The position numbers and the translations under genes were made by a program. The notes under the pieces were generated by a model that was not told where the DNA came from, searched no databases, and saw nothing but the letters and a program-made list of their open reading frames with translations. This document shows, one piece after another, positions 26,696-36,478 of a stretch of DNA of 64,000 nucleotides (its first letter is position 1; each line of letters starts with the position of its first letter). Source of the stretch: an uncultured Planctomycetales bacterium (GTDB lineage Bacteria; Omnitrophota; Gorgyraeia; Zapsychrales; Aceulaceae). Location: the NCBI GenBank assembly GCA_964648665.1, contig CAZYOA010000001.1, positions 176,128 to 240,127 on the forward strand. The letters are read 5' to 3'.

Positions 26696-26701
26696 TCTAA
26701 A

Positions 26702-27139
26702 ATGTTTTATGGTGAATATTCGCATAACATAGATAAAAAAGGACGCCTCATACTTCCGGCTCGTTTTCGAGACGTTTCGAAAGAAAATGGAATTGAGCGC
26801 TTTTTCCTTACGCGTGGTTTAGATAAATGTATTTTTATGTTCACAGAACACGAATGGATGACCCAAGAGCAAAAGTTCAAAGGTATGTCTTTTACTAAAC
26901 GCGAAAGCCGCAGTTTTAATCGCATGTTTTTCTCCGGTGCTGCTGATGTTTCTCCTGATAAGCAGGGCCGCTTTATCATTCCTGGATATTTAAAAGATTT
27001 TGCACAGATACGAAAAGATGTTGTTGTCATTGGAGTCTCTAATCGCATAGAAATTTGGGATCAGAAAATCTGGAAAGATTTTTATAGTGATTCACAGAAT
27101 TCATTTGAGGATGTTGCTGAAAACATATTGGACATTTAA
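26702..27139 (+). CDS. mraZ: Transcriptional regulator MraZ
   Basis: Two SpoVT/AbrB-like repeats with DKKGRLILPARFR and DKQGRFIIPGYL. Confidence 0.95.
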   Translation: MFYGEYSHNIDKKGRLILPARFRDVSKENGIERFFLTRGLDKCIFMFTEHEWMTQEQKFKGMSFTKRESRSFNRMFFSGAADVSPDKQGRFIIPGYLKDFAQIRKDVVVIGVSNRIEIWDQKIWKDFYSDSQNSFEDVAENILDI

Positions 27140-27141
27140 CT

Positions 27142-28062
27142 ATGGTTACTATGGCAAATAATATTAAACATGTTCCTGTTATGATTAATGAAATCCTTGA
27201 GCACTTGGATCTCTTTGAGGGTGCTTGTATCTTGGATTGCACCTTAGGGCTTGGAGGTCACAGCAAGGAAATTGCAAGAAAAATAGGACCTCAGGGTCTT
27301 TTAATTGGAATTGATAGGGATGAGGATTCTATTGCTCTTGCTCAGCAAAATTTAGAAGAATTTTCAGGTCGATGTGCTTTTGCTCAAAAAGATTTTAGAG
27401 ATTTAGATGTTGCATTAGATAGCTTTGGCATTGATCAGGTTGATGGCATTTTGCTTGATTTGGGAATCTCTAGCTATCAGCTTGATACGTCAGAGAGAGG
27501 CTTTAGCATACGATCAGATGGGCCATTAGATATGCGCATGGATCGAAATAGTCTCATTAGCGCATATGATTTGATTAATTCGCTTTCAAGTAAAGAAATT
27601 TCATCTATATTGAAGAATTTCGGAGAAGAAAGGTGGCATGATCGTATTGCTGATTATTTGGTCAAATCTCGCATAAAGCATCCAATTGAGTCAACGGAAG
27701 AGCTTAAGAATATTATTTTAAGAGCAATTCCAAATCGTTTTCAAGATCATCATATTCATCCAGCGACTCGAGTATTTCAAGCATTTCGTATTGCTGTTAA
27801 TCGCGAATTAGAGGCTCTTGAGATTGCTTTAACGAAAGCTATTCAATATTTAAAGCCAGGCGCATCTATTTGTGTTATTTCATTTCATTCGCTAGAGGAT
27901 CGTATTGTAAAAGAAAAATTTAAATATTGCGCAAAAGAACAGATCTTAGAAATTATTACTAAGAAGCCTTTGCGTTCATCTGAACAAGAAATTCAAAATA
28001 ATGCACGCGCACGAAGCGCAAAATTACGCGTAGCCAAACGAATTAAAAGAGGAAAAGAATGA
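27142..28062 (+). CDS. rsmH: 16S rRNA (cytosine1402-N4)-methyltransferase
   Basis: HVPVMINE, LDCTLGLGGHS, DLGISSYQLD, SFHSLEDRIVK. Confidence 0.95.
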   Translation: MVTMANNIKHVPVMINEILEHLDLFEGACILDCTLGLGGHSKEIARKIGPQGLLIGIDRDEDSIALAQQNLEEFSGRCAFAQKDFRDLDVALDSFGIDQVDGILLDLGISSYQLDTSERGFSIRSDGPLDMRMDRNSLISAYDLINSLSSKEISSILKNFGEERWHDRIADYLVKSRIKHPIESTEELKNIILRAIPNRFQDHHIHPATRVFQAFRIAVNRELEALEIALTKAIQYLKPGASICVISFHSLEDRIVKEKFKYCAKEQILEIITKKPLRSSEQEIQNNARARSAKLRVAKRIKRGKE

Positions 28063-28442
28063 ATTTTAGGAAATTTCTAATTATAATGCTAAGTGTGACG
28101 GCTGTGACATTGGTTTATATTCAGATGCAGGTCAAGATTTATGATCTAGCTTATCAAGGGAAAAGCCGAGAAACAAAAATATTTAAACTTATTGATGATA
28201 ATGGTTATGTCTCCTATAATATTGCTAAGCTTAAGTCACCAAATTCTTTGGTAGAGCGATTTTTAGCGAAGAATAGCGATATTGATTTCTTAGATTCTCA
28301 AAATATTGTTCAAGTTAAGATCCCAAGTCAACTTGCGGTACAAAAGATTTTTACCCCAGAATCGGTGCTAAAGAAAACAACCGCCATCTTGGCGAGCGTT
28401 TTTTCTGTAAAATCTGTTGCAGAAGCAAAATCAATACGATAA
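28059..28442 (+). CDS. ftsL: Cell division protein FtsL-like (small bitopic membrane protein)
   Basis: 127 aa with a single N-terminal TM. Called from the conserved position between rsmH and ftsI; no sequence motif. Confidence 0.5.
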   Translation: MNFRKFLIIMLSVTAVTLVYIQMQVKIYDLAYQGKSRETKIFKLIDDNGYVSYNIAKLKSPNSLVERFLAKNSDIDFLDSQNIVQVKIPSQLAVQKIFTPESVLKKTTAILASVFSVKSVAEAKSIR

Positions 28443-28462
28443 CACCAATATAATGGCGATCC

Positions 28463-30145
28463 GTGTATTTTAAAAGACATTCACTCCGATTTGTTTTTCT
28501 CTTCCTTTCCTTTTTCTTTTTGCTTGTATTCTTTGTTTTTAAATTAATCATGATTCAGGTTTTTAAATCTGAATATCTTTCAAATCTTGCAAAAAAACAA
28601 CATAGTTATGTCTTAAAGCTTGAGCCTAAAAGAGGAACGATTTACGATCGAAAGCTTCGTCCTTTGGCCCTGAATGTGGCTGCGTTTTCATTATATGCAT
28701 CGCCGCGCACTATGACCGAAGATCAAAAGATCAGGGCTGTGAAGGTTTTAAGTGGTGCGCTAAATCTTAAAAAAAGTTTTTTAGATGGCCGTATGAATCG
28801 AGACAAGAATTTTATTTGGATCGCTCGAAAATTATCTCCAAAAAAGGCTGAGAAAATAAGGGCTCTGAAGCTTAAGGGGTTAGATTTTATAAAGGAAACT
28901 AAGCGTTATTATCCTGGGCAGTCTTTGGGAGCACATTTTATAGGATTTGCAGGGATAGATAATTATGGGCTAGAAGGTCTTGAGTTAAAATATAATGATT
29001 ATTTGCGTGGTCAATTTGGAATGGCTCAAATTTTGCGTGATGCCAAACAAAGAGATCTTTTGATTCAAGAAAGTTTTTTGCAACCTAAGAATGGCTATGA
29101 TCTTGTTTTAACTATTGATGAAACTATTCAATATTTTGCTGAAAAAGCTTTAGATAAAGCATTTGTAAAACATGATGCAAAGGCTGCATGCATTATCATT
29201 ATGAATCCCAAAACAGGAGAAATATTAGCTCTTGCTAATCGTCCAACGTATGATTTGAGTAATATTAAATCTAATTCTTTAGATAGTCGTCGTAATCGAG
29301 CGGTAAGTGATATGTTTGAGCCTGGATCGGTTTTTAAAATTGTAACAGCTTCTGCCGCATTGCAAGAGGGGGCGGTTGTTGAGAGTGATGAAATATTTTG
29401 TGAAAATGGAGAGTACCGCGTTGCTAATCATATCCTTCATGATCATCATTCGCATGGAATGTTAACTTTTAGAGAAGTTATAGAGCAATCAAGTAATATT
29501 GGAACGGTGAAGGTTGCGCAGAAGCTTACAGGCGAGACTGTTAATCATTATGCACGCTTGTTTCAGTTTGGAAAGAAAACTGGTGTTGATTTACCCGGAG
29601 AGGTGCCAGGAGTGCTTAAGCCTGTGTCACGTTGGTCCGGAACATCGATTGGAGCCGTTCCTATAGGACATGAAGTAGGAGTAACAGCTTTACAACTTGT
29701 TTGTGCGGTATCAGCAGTAGCCAATGATGGTATTTACATGAGGCCATTTATTGTTCAATATATTCGGGATCAGAATGGAGATATTGTAGAAGGTTTCTTG
29801 CCACATCCAATTACAGAATCTATTAATCGGGAAACAGCAAGTCGCGTTCGAGATATTTTAGTTGGGGTTGTTGATAATGGAACTGGACGCAGAGCAAGGA
29901 TTAAGAATGTAAAGGTTGCAGGAAAAACTGGGACAGCGCAAAAGATTGTTGATGGTGTTTATTCTCATAGCAAATTTTATGCAACATTTATTGGGTTTGC
30001 TCCAGCTGATGATCCTAAGCTTGCTATGGTTGTATTTTTTGATGAGCCTCATCCCAGTCATTACGGAGGAACTGTTTCTGCTCCAGTTTTTAGAGAAGTT
30101 GCAGAAAATGTGCTAAAATACCTTGGAGCCAGTAGAGGAAATTAG
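28463..30145 (+). CDS. ftsI: Peptidoglycan D,D-transpeptidase FtsI (class B PBP)
   Basis: GTG start, N-terminal TM. Transpeptidase motifs SVFK (SxxK), SSN (SxN), KTGT (KTG). Confidence 0.9.
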   Translation: MYFKRHSLRFVFLFLSFFFLLVFFVFKLIMIQVFKSEYLSNLAKKQHSYVLKLEPKRGTIYDRKLRPLALNVAAFSLYASPRTMTEDQKIRAVKVLSGALNLKKSFLDGRMNRDKNFIWIARKLSPKKAEKIRALKLKGLDFIKETKRYYPGQSLGAHFIGFAGIDNYGLEGLELKYNDYLRGQFGMAQILRDAKQRDLLIQESFLQPKNGYDLVLTIDETIQYFAEKALDKAFVKHDAKAACIIIMNPKTGEILALANRPTYDLSNIKSNSLDSRRNRAVSDMFEPGSVFKIVTASAALQEGAVVESDEIFCENGEYRVANHILHDHHSHGMLTFREVIEQSSNIGTVKVAQKLTGETVNHYARLFQFGKKTGVDLPGEVPGVLKPVSRWSGTSIGAVPIGHEVGVTALQLVCAVSAVANDGIYMRPFIVQYIRDQNGDIVEGFLPHPITESINRETASRVRDILVGVVDNGTGRRARIKNVKVAGKTGTAQKIVDGVYSHSKFYATFIGFAPADDPKLAMVVFFDEPHPSHYGGTVSAPVFREVAENVLKYLGASRGN

Positions 30146-30150
30146 AAAAA

Positions 30151-31605
30151 ATGAAATTAAAAGATTTACTTAAAGATATTTACAGTTTTGAAATCGAAGA
30201 GCATTTTCAGCTCTATGATATTCATGGCATTTCTTGTGATTCAAGAGACGCTCAAGAGGGAGGGATTTTTGTTGCCATCAGGGGATCTGGCGTTGATGGT
30301 GCTGATTTTATTGATGAGGCTATTTCTAAAGGTGCCGTTGCTGTTGCTATTGATCAGAATGAAGTAATAAACTCTTTTAACAAGAATGTTTGCATTCTTA
30401 AAGTTGAGAATACAAGAAAGTTTTTAGCCGAAGCCGCAGGCCAAATTTATAATTTTCCTTGGGAGCAAATAAATTGTTTTGGAATTACTGGAACCAACGG
30501 AAAAACAACAATTTCATATTTAATAGAATCAATCCTTAAATCTGCCCAAAGGAAATGTGGCGTTATCGGAACAATCAATTGTCACTATAGCGGCCAGGTA
30601 ATTCCTATTAATAATACGACTCCTAGCATTGTTGATATTTGCCACTATTTAACTGATATGAAGATTAGAAACGTTCGCGACTGCATCATGGAGGTTTCAT
30701 CTCATGCCTTGGATCAAGATAGAGTTTTAGGAATAGATTTTAAAACGGCAATCTTCACCAATTTAACCCAGGATCATCTCGACTATCATCAAAGCATGGA
30801 AAGTTATTTCTTGGCAAAATCGAAGCTTTTTTCAACGCTTTCAAAGGATTCTTGTGCGGTTATTAATACTGATGATGTTTGGGGTCAGAAAATGATAGAG
30901 AGAACACAGGCAAAAGTAATAACTTATGGAATTGATCGTCAAGCTGACATTATGGCAAGCGATATCTCTTTAGCGTTAAATGGATCTAGATTTATACTCA
31001 AAACAAATGATGTGCATTCTGAGTTTGAAACAACTTTGATTGGACGGCATAACATTTATAATATTTTGGCAGCAGTTGCAGCTTGTTTAAATTATGGTGT
31101 TAGTTTTGAAGATATTCAATCAGGCATTGAATATCTAAATTTTATTTCAGGCAGACTTGAGCCAATTATCGAGGATCAAAATTTCTTTATTTTTGTTGAT
31201 TATGCGCATACAGATGATGCTCTAAAGAATGTTTTGCAGACACTTCAAGATGTTAAGACTGGAAAGCTTATTGTTGTTTTTGGATGTGGTGGAGATCGAG
31301 ATAAAACAAAAAGAATCAAAATGGGTGCTGTTGCAAGTGCGCTTTCAGATTTTGCCATTATCACAAATGATAATCCTCGAAGTGAAAATCCTCAAGAGAT
31401 TGCACATAAGATTTCTTCGGGATTTGATCATGATCGATATTTGATGATTCTAGATAGAAGAGAAGCCATCAAGAAGGCTTTTTCGATGGCAGAAAAGAAT
31501 GATATTGTTTTAATAGCAGGAAAAGGTCATGAAAATTATCAAATTCTGAAACATGAAACAATTCATTTCGATGATCGGCAAGCTGCCAGAGAGTGCTTGG
31601 CATGA
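30151..31605 (+). CDS. murE: UDP-N-acetylmuramoyl-L-alanyl-D-glutamate--2,6-diaminopimelate ligase
   Basis: GITGTNGKTT P-loop; the DNPRSE (DNPR) motif is typical of meso-DAP-adding MurE. Confidence 0.9.
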   Translation: MKLKDLLKDIYSFEIEEHFQLYDIHGISCDSRDAQEGGIFVAIRGSGVDGADFIDEAISKGAVAVAIDQNEVINSFNKNVCILKVENTRKFLAEAAGQIYNFPWEQINCFGITGTNGKTTISYLIESILKSAQRKCGVIGTINCHYSGQVIPINNTTPSIVDICHYLTDMKIRNVRDCIMEVSSHALDQDRVLGIDFKTAIFTNLTQDHLDYHQSMESYFLAKSKLFSTLSKDSCAVINTDDVWGQKMIERTQAKVITYGIDRQADIMASDISLALNGSRFILKTNDVHSEFETTLIGRHNIYNILAAVAACLNYGVSFEDIQSGIEYLNFISGRLEPIIEDQNFFIFVDYAHTDDALKNVLQTLQDVKTGKLIVVFGCGGDRDKTKRIKMGAVASALSDFAIITNDNPRSENPQEIAHKISSGFDHDRYLMILDRREAIKKAFSMAEKNDIVLIAGKGHENYQILKHETIHFDDRQAARECLA

Positions 31606-32954
31606 TGACTGTTAAGGAAATTATAAGCTTAACAAATGGGCGCCTAATTCATGGTGACTTAAAGCAAAAATCTAGTGGAGTTTCAACGGATTCACGAACA
31701 ATTAAGAAGAATAATCTTTTTATTGCGTTAAAGGGAAAAAGATTTGATGGGCATAAATTTCTATTATCTGTTGCGCGAAAGAATATAAAGGTCGTTTTAG
31801 TATCAAAAAAGCCTGAGAAGAAGTATTCGAATATTTCTGTTATTCTTGTTAAGGATACATCTTTTGCTTTGCAAGACCTTGCTCGATCGCATCGTGAGAA
31901 TTTTCAAATTCCTGTCATTGCAATTACAGGAAGCTGTGGAAAAACAACAACAAAAGAGTTGATCGCTTCTGTTTTGTCAAAGAAGTTATGTGTTCTTAAG
32001 AACTTTTCGACAGAAAATAACTTCATTGGCGTCTCTAAAACAATTTTAGAATTAAAGTCAAAGCATGATGTTTTGATTTTAGAGTTTGGGACAAATCATT
32101 TTGGGGAAATTAAAAATCTTGTAAATATTGCCAATCCTACAATTTGCGTATTGACCAATGTTGGCAAGTCACATCTTGAGTTTTTAAAGACATCAGCTGG
32201 CGTTTTTAAGGAAAAAAAAGGAATATATGCAAATTTAGAGAAATCTGGAACTATTATTTTTAATAGGGATGATGAATTTTTATCTAAAATTTTTAAAGAA
32301 AAAACTTTAGCGCAGAAACTTACTTTCTCAATTAATCAAAAATCTAATATCCAGGCCTTAAAAATACAGCGGATGCCAAAAGGAATTCATTTTTTTGTTG
32401 GAAAGCAAAAGTTTTTTGTAAACTCTTTCTCTTATTCTGGAGTTTACAATGCGCTTTGTGCGATTTCCGTAGGTACGCTTTTTAATTTTCCTAAAAAAAC
32501 TATGGCCCTAGCTCTTTTAAAAGCAAGATTACCAGGACAAAGACAAAGCTTATGTTTTACAAAAAAGAAATTCTGGATTATTGATGATAGCTACAACGCA
32601 AATCCTCTTTCTGTTAAGTTTGCTTTAGAGTCTCTTTGCTATCTTCCAACAAAGAGAAAGAGAATCTTTGTTTTTGGGGGCATGGGAGAGCTTGGCCGAT
32701 CATCATCTCAAGCTCATAAAGATATTGGTCATTTGATTGATAAGAATAAAGTGGACTATTTTATAACAATTGGGAAGAATGCTCGTCTTGCAATAAAGGC
32801 AGTTGGCCAAAGACATATTTCGACTTTAAGCTTTGATTCTTGTAAACCTGCTTTGACATTCTTGAAAAGTTTTGTTTGTGCTGGTGATTCCGTGTTAATT
32901 AAAGGTTCTCGCAGCTTTCACCTTGAAGAGATTGTTTCTCAGCTAAAAAAATAA
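31593..32954 (+). CDS. murF: UDP-N-acetylmuramoyl-tripeptide--D-alanyl-D-alanine ligase
   Basis: ITGSCGKTTTKE, DDSYNANP, dcw position. Confidence 0.9.
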   Translation: MLGMMTVKEIISLTNGRLIHGDLKQKSSGVSTDSRTIKKNNLFIALKGKRFDGHKFLLSVARKNIKVVLVSKKPEKKYSNISVILVKDTSFALQDLARSHRENFQIPVIAITGSCGKTTTKELIASVLSKKLCVLKNFSTENNFIGVSKTILELKSKHDVLILEFGTNHFGEIKNLVNIANPTICVLTNVGKSHLEFLKTSAGVFKEKKGIYANLEKSGTIIFNRDDEFLSKIFKEKTLAQKLTFSINQKSNIQALKIQRMPKGIHFFVGKQKFFVNSFSYSGVYNALCAISVGTLFNFPKKTMALALLKARLPGQRQSLCFTKKKFWIIDDSYNANPLSVKFALESLCYLPTKRKRIFVFGGMGELGRSSSQAHKDIGHLIDKNKVDYFITIGKNARLAIKAVGQRHISTLSFDSCKPALTFLKSFVCAGDSVLIKGSRSFHLEEIVSQLKK

Positions 32955-32978
32955 ATTTAAAGGAATCTCTTTAAATTT
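32953..32978. repeat. Perfect 10-bp AT-rich inverted repeat (AAATTTAAAG-6 nt-CTTTAAATTT) at the murF stop
   Basis: Read directly: 32953-32962 and 32969-32978 are exact reverse complements. A TATAAT-like box follows at about 32991. Confidence 0.6.
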
Positions 32979-33027
32979 CCTATCATTTTTATATAATATG
33001 ATTAATACTAATATTTAAGGAGCTTGC

Positions 33028-34113
33028 ATGTTTTATTTCTTTTCGACCCTTCGGGACACATATCCTCAGCTTAATATTTTTAAATATATTACATTTAGGG
33101 CAGGTGCTGCGGCTGTAACGTCTTTTTTGTTATGTATTTTTTTTGCTCCTATGATCATTCGAAAATTGAAGCAGCATAAGATTGGAGAAGATGTTAAAAG
33201 AGAGTACTGTGAAAAATTATCGGATATGCAAAAGGATAAGCAAGGCACTCCGACAATGGGAGGCATCTTTGTTATTGGAAGTATTTTGTTTTCTGTTTTG
33301 TTATGGTCTGATTTAACTAGCCCTTATATTTTGATTACGATTTTAACATGTGCTTGGCTTGCGGTTCTTGGCTTTGTTGATGATTTCTTAAAGATTGCTC
33401 ATGGAAAACATCGTGGAATTCGTGGCTGGACAAAATTGCTTTGGCAATCTATTTTGGGTTGCTTGGTTGGGTATTTTATTTTCTGGCGTCCTGAAATATC
33501 AACGGTTCTCGATGTTCCTTTTTTCAAATCGTTAATACTTAATCTCGGTATTTTTTATATTCCTTTTGCTATTTTGATTATTGTTGGAAGTTCAAATGCT
33601 GTAAACCTTACAGATGGGCTAGATGGGCTTGCATCGGGATGTGTTTTAATTGTTGCGATGGGTCTAGGAGCCCTTTCGTATATTTCTGGTCATTTTAATT
33701 TTGCTGAGTATTTATTTTTACCATATATAGCTGGAGGTGGAGAGCTGTCAGTTTTTTGTGCAGCGATTGTTGGTGCTAGTTTAGGTTTTTTATGGTTTAA
33801 CTGTTATCCGGCATCGATTTTTATGGGGGACACAGGTTCTCTTGCGCTCGGTGGAACTTTAGGAATAATTGCAATTTTAATTAAAAAGGAATTGCTTCTT
33901 GTCATTCTTGGAGGGATATTTGTTGCTGAGGCCTTATCCGTAATTTTGCAGGTCGCTTCTGTTAAAATACGCAAAAAACGCATGTTTAAAATAGCTCCTT
34001 TTCATCATCATCTTCAATTCTTAGGTTGGAATGAATCTAAAATTATTATACGATTTTGGATTGTTGCTATTATTTTAGCCTTCATAACATTAACAACGCT
34101 TAAGATTAGATAA
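33028..34113 (+). CDS. mraY: Phospho-N-acetylmuramoyl-pentapeptide transferase
   Basis: 10-TM protein; NAVNLTDGLDGLA, MGDTGSLALGG, APFHHH. Confidence 0.95.
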   Translation: MFYFFSTLRDTYPQLNIFKYITFRAGAAAVTSFLLCIFFAPMIIRKLKQHKIGEDVKREYCEKLSDMQKDKQGTPTMGGIFVIGSILFSVLLWSDLTSPYILITILTCAWLAVLGFVDDFLKIAHGKHRGIRGWTKLLWQSILGCLVGYFIFWRPEISTVLDVPFFKSLILNLGIFYIPFAILIIVGSSNAVNLTDGLDGLASGCVLIVAMGLGALSYISGHFNFAEYLFLPYIAGGGELSVFCAAIVGASLGFLWFNCYPASIFMGDTGSLALGGTLGIIAILIKKELLLVILGGIFVAEALSVILQVASVKIRKKRMFKIAPFHHHLQFLGWNESKIIIRFWIVAIILAFITLTTLKIR

Positions 34114-34116
34114 TCT

Positions 34117-35379
34117 GTGGATCTGAATAAGAAAAAAATTACAATTATTGGCTTTGGACGAAGCGGAGCCGGGATTGCAAGCCTTGCAATTCAACTTGGT
34201 GGAATTGTTCAAGTTTCTGAGTGCGCATCAAAACAAAAAGTTTCTGATTCTATTTTTCAGGCAAATCTTGGGATTGATATTGATTTTGAATCAGATGGTC
34301 ACAGCGAAAGTTTTATTAAGAATAGTGATTTTGTTATTTTGAGCCCTGGTGTGCGATTTGATTCTCAGTCTGTCAAGTGGGCAAAAGAAGAAAATATTTC
34401 ATGCTTTAGTGAAATTGAGTTTGCGTCGATGTTTTGTAAGGGGCTGATTGTTGCGATAACAGGAAGCAATGGAAAAACAACTGTATCGACTTTGATTGAT
34501 CAAATGCTTCGCGCTGGCGGTAAGAAAACATGTTTGTGCGGGAATATCGGATCGGCGTTTTCGAAACATGTTTTAAGTCTTTCGGAGGATCAGATTGTTG
34601 TTCTTGAGGTGAGCTCATTTCAATTAGAATCCATTAAGAATTTTCATCCACATATTGCAGTATTGCTTAATTGTACTCAAAATCATCTTGATCGTCATCG
34701 AGATATGGACGAATATTTTGAAGCAAAATCTAAAATTTTTCTTAATCAAAATAGAAATGATTATGCTGTTATTAATTTTGATGATGATCGTATAAAAAAT
34801 AATGTCTCTAATATTAAATCAAAAGTTGTTTATTTTAATGGTCCTGATAATTTAAAGAAATATTCAAAAGAGAATCCAAATTTTCTTGCTGCAAGAGGTG
34901 TTGCTCATTTATTTGAGATAGAGGATGAAGTTGTAGACCAAGCTATTAAAGATTTTAAAGGTGTTGAACACAGGCTTGAGCGAGTACGATGCATTGATGA
35001 TATTGTTTTTATTAACGATTCAAAGGCAACGACGGCTGAAGCTGGACGTTGGGCTCTTGAGAGGGCGGATCGTCCAGTGGTTATGATTTGCGGAGGACGA
35101 GATAAGAATATTGATTTCAAAGTTTTAAAAAATATTGTTAAAGAGAAGGTAAGGGTGATGGTTGTTATTGGGGAGTCTCGAGAAAAGATTAAGGATGCGT
35201 TTTGTGATATTATTGATGTTCAGATGGAAGATGATTTAGAGAAAGCTGTTTTGAGGGCTAAAGAGTTTTCTAGTAAAGGCGATTGCGTATTATTTTCACC
35301 GATGTGTACTAGCTTTGATATGTTTAAGAATTTTGAAGAGCGCGGGAAAGTTTTTAAAAACATAGTTGAGAAATTATAA
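34117..35379 (+). CDS. murD: UDP-N-acetylmuramoylalanine--D-glutamate ligase
   Basis: GTG start; ITGSNGKTT, NDSKATT, dcw position. Confidence 0.9.
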   Translation: MDLNKKKITIIGFGRSGAGIASLAIQLGGIVQVSECASKQKVSDSIFQANLGIDIDFESDGHSESFIKNSDFVILSPGVRFDSQSVKWAKEENISCFSEIEFASMFCKGLIVAITGSNGKTTVSTLIDQMLRAGGKKTCLCGNIGSAFSKHVLSLSEDQIVVLEVSSFQLESIKNFHPHIAVLLNCTQNHLDRHRDMDEYFEAKSKIFLNQNRNDYAVINFDDDRIKNNVSNIKSKVVYFNGPDNLKKYSKENPNFLAARGVAHLFEIEDEVVDQAIKDFKGVEHRLERVRCIDDIVFINDSKATTAEAGRWALERADRPVVMICGGRDKNIDFKVLKNIVKEKVRVMVVIGESREKIKDAFCDIIDVQMEDDLEKAVLRAKEFSSKGDCVLFSPMCTSFDMFKNFEERGKVFKNIVEKL

Positions 35380-36470
35380 TGAGAGATTTGAGAATATCGA
35401 TTGGCGTTATTGTGACAGTTTTACTTTGTCTGGGCGTTGTTATGATTTTTAGTTCGAGCGGAATTTATGCGTTGCAAGAACTTGGATCTAGTGGATATTT
35501 TTTACAAAGGCATTTGGTTTATTTGGTGATTGGATTTATGTGCATGGTGGCGTTTATGGCTATTGATTATCGAATTTTAGCGCGTTATGCAAAGCCAATT
35601 TTAATTGGATCTATTGTTTTACTTTCTTTAGTTTTGATTCCAGGAATTGGAACAGAGGTTTATGGGGCTCGTCGGTGGTTTCGATTTCTCGGGTTTGGTT
35701 TTCAGCCTTCTGAGTTTGTTAAATTGGCAGTTTTAATTTATGTTGCAGATTTTATAGCACGCAAACAGCATAAGATGAAAAGTTTTCTGCATGGATTTTT
35801 TCCGCTTATGTGTGTTTTGGGAGCTATTTCGTTTTTAATCCTAAAGCAGCCAGATCTTGGCACAACTGTTTTGATTGCTGCAGTTGTTTTTATAATGCTT
35901 TTTATTGCTGGAACTCGTTTTTTGTATTTATCCGGTATTCTTGTATTGAGTCTTCCTGCGGCATATTATTTAATCGCACGTGTTCCGTATCGATTGAGAC
36001 GTATTCAGGCGTTTCTTGATCCTTGGAGCGATAAGCAGGGTGCTGGATTTCAGCTTGTTCAATCACAGATTGCATTGGGCTCAGGTGGAATTTTTGGTAT
36101 TGGTTTGGGAAAAAGCATGCAAAAATTGTTTTATCTTCCAGCTGCTCATACAGACTTTATTTTGTCAATTATTGGTGAGGAGCTAGGACTTCTAGGCACA
36201 GTGACGGTTGTTATTTTATTTGTGCTTTTTATTTGGCAAGGCGCTAGAATAGCAAAACGAATAGAGGAGCCTTTTGGATATTTCTTAGCAATTGGGATCG
36301 TCTCACTGATAGGTTTGCAGGCAATTGTTAATATTGGTGTTAGTATTGGTGCTTTTCCAACAAAGGGATTACCGTTACCGTTTATTAGTTACGGTGGATC
36401 TGCTTTAATCATGCAAATGATTTGCGTCGGAATATTGTTAAATATTTCAAGAATTCAAGATTTACTTTAA
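35379..36470 (+). CDS. ftsW: Lipid II flippase / peptidoglycan glycosyltransferase FtsW (SEDS family)
   Basis: About 10 TM; QPSEF.KL, HTDFI, PTKGLPLPFISYGGSA. Confidence 0.9.
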   Translation: MRDLRISIGVIVTVLLCLGVVMIFSSSGIYALQELGSSGYFLQRHLVYLVIGFMCMVAFMAIDYRILARYAKPILIGSIVLLSLVLIPGIGTEVYGARRWFRFLGFGFQPSEFVKLAVLIYVADFIARKQHKMKSFLHGFFPLMCVLGAISFLILKQPDLGTTVLIAAVVFIMLFIAGTRFLYLSGILVLSLPAAYYLIARVPYRLRRIQAFLDPWSDKQGAGFQLVQSQIALGSGGIFGIGLGKSMQKLFYLPAAHTDFILSIIGEELGLLGTVTVVILFVLFIWQGARIAKRIEEPFGYFLAIGIVSLIGLQAIVNIGVSIGAFPTKGLPLPFISYGGSALIMQMICVGILLNISRIQDLL

Positions 36471-36478
36471 GAGGATTT

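Noticed and set aside
26707-27048. 113-aa antisense ORF covering mraZ
   Set aside because: It is fully nested antisense to a highly conserved gene, so it is a mirror-frame artefact.
36422-36478. Longer murG start at 36422 given by the ORF track
   Set aside because: It would overlap ftsW by 49 nt and add a non-conserved leader. The canonical MurG N-terminus MKIIIAAGGTGGH begins at ATG 36479.
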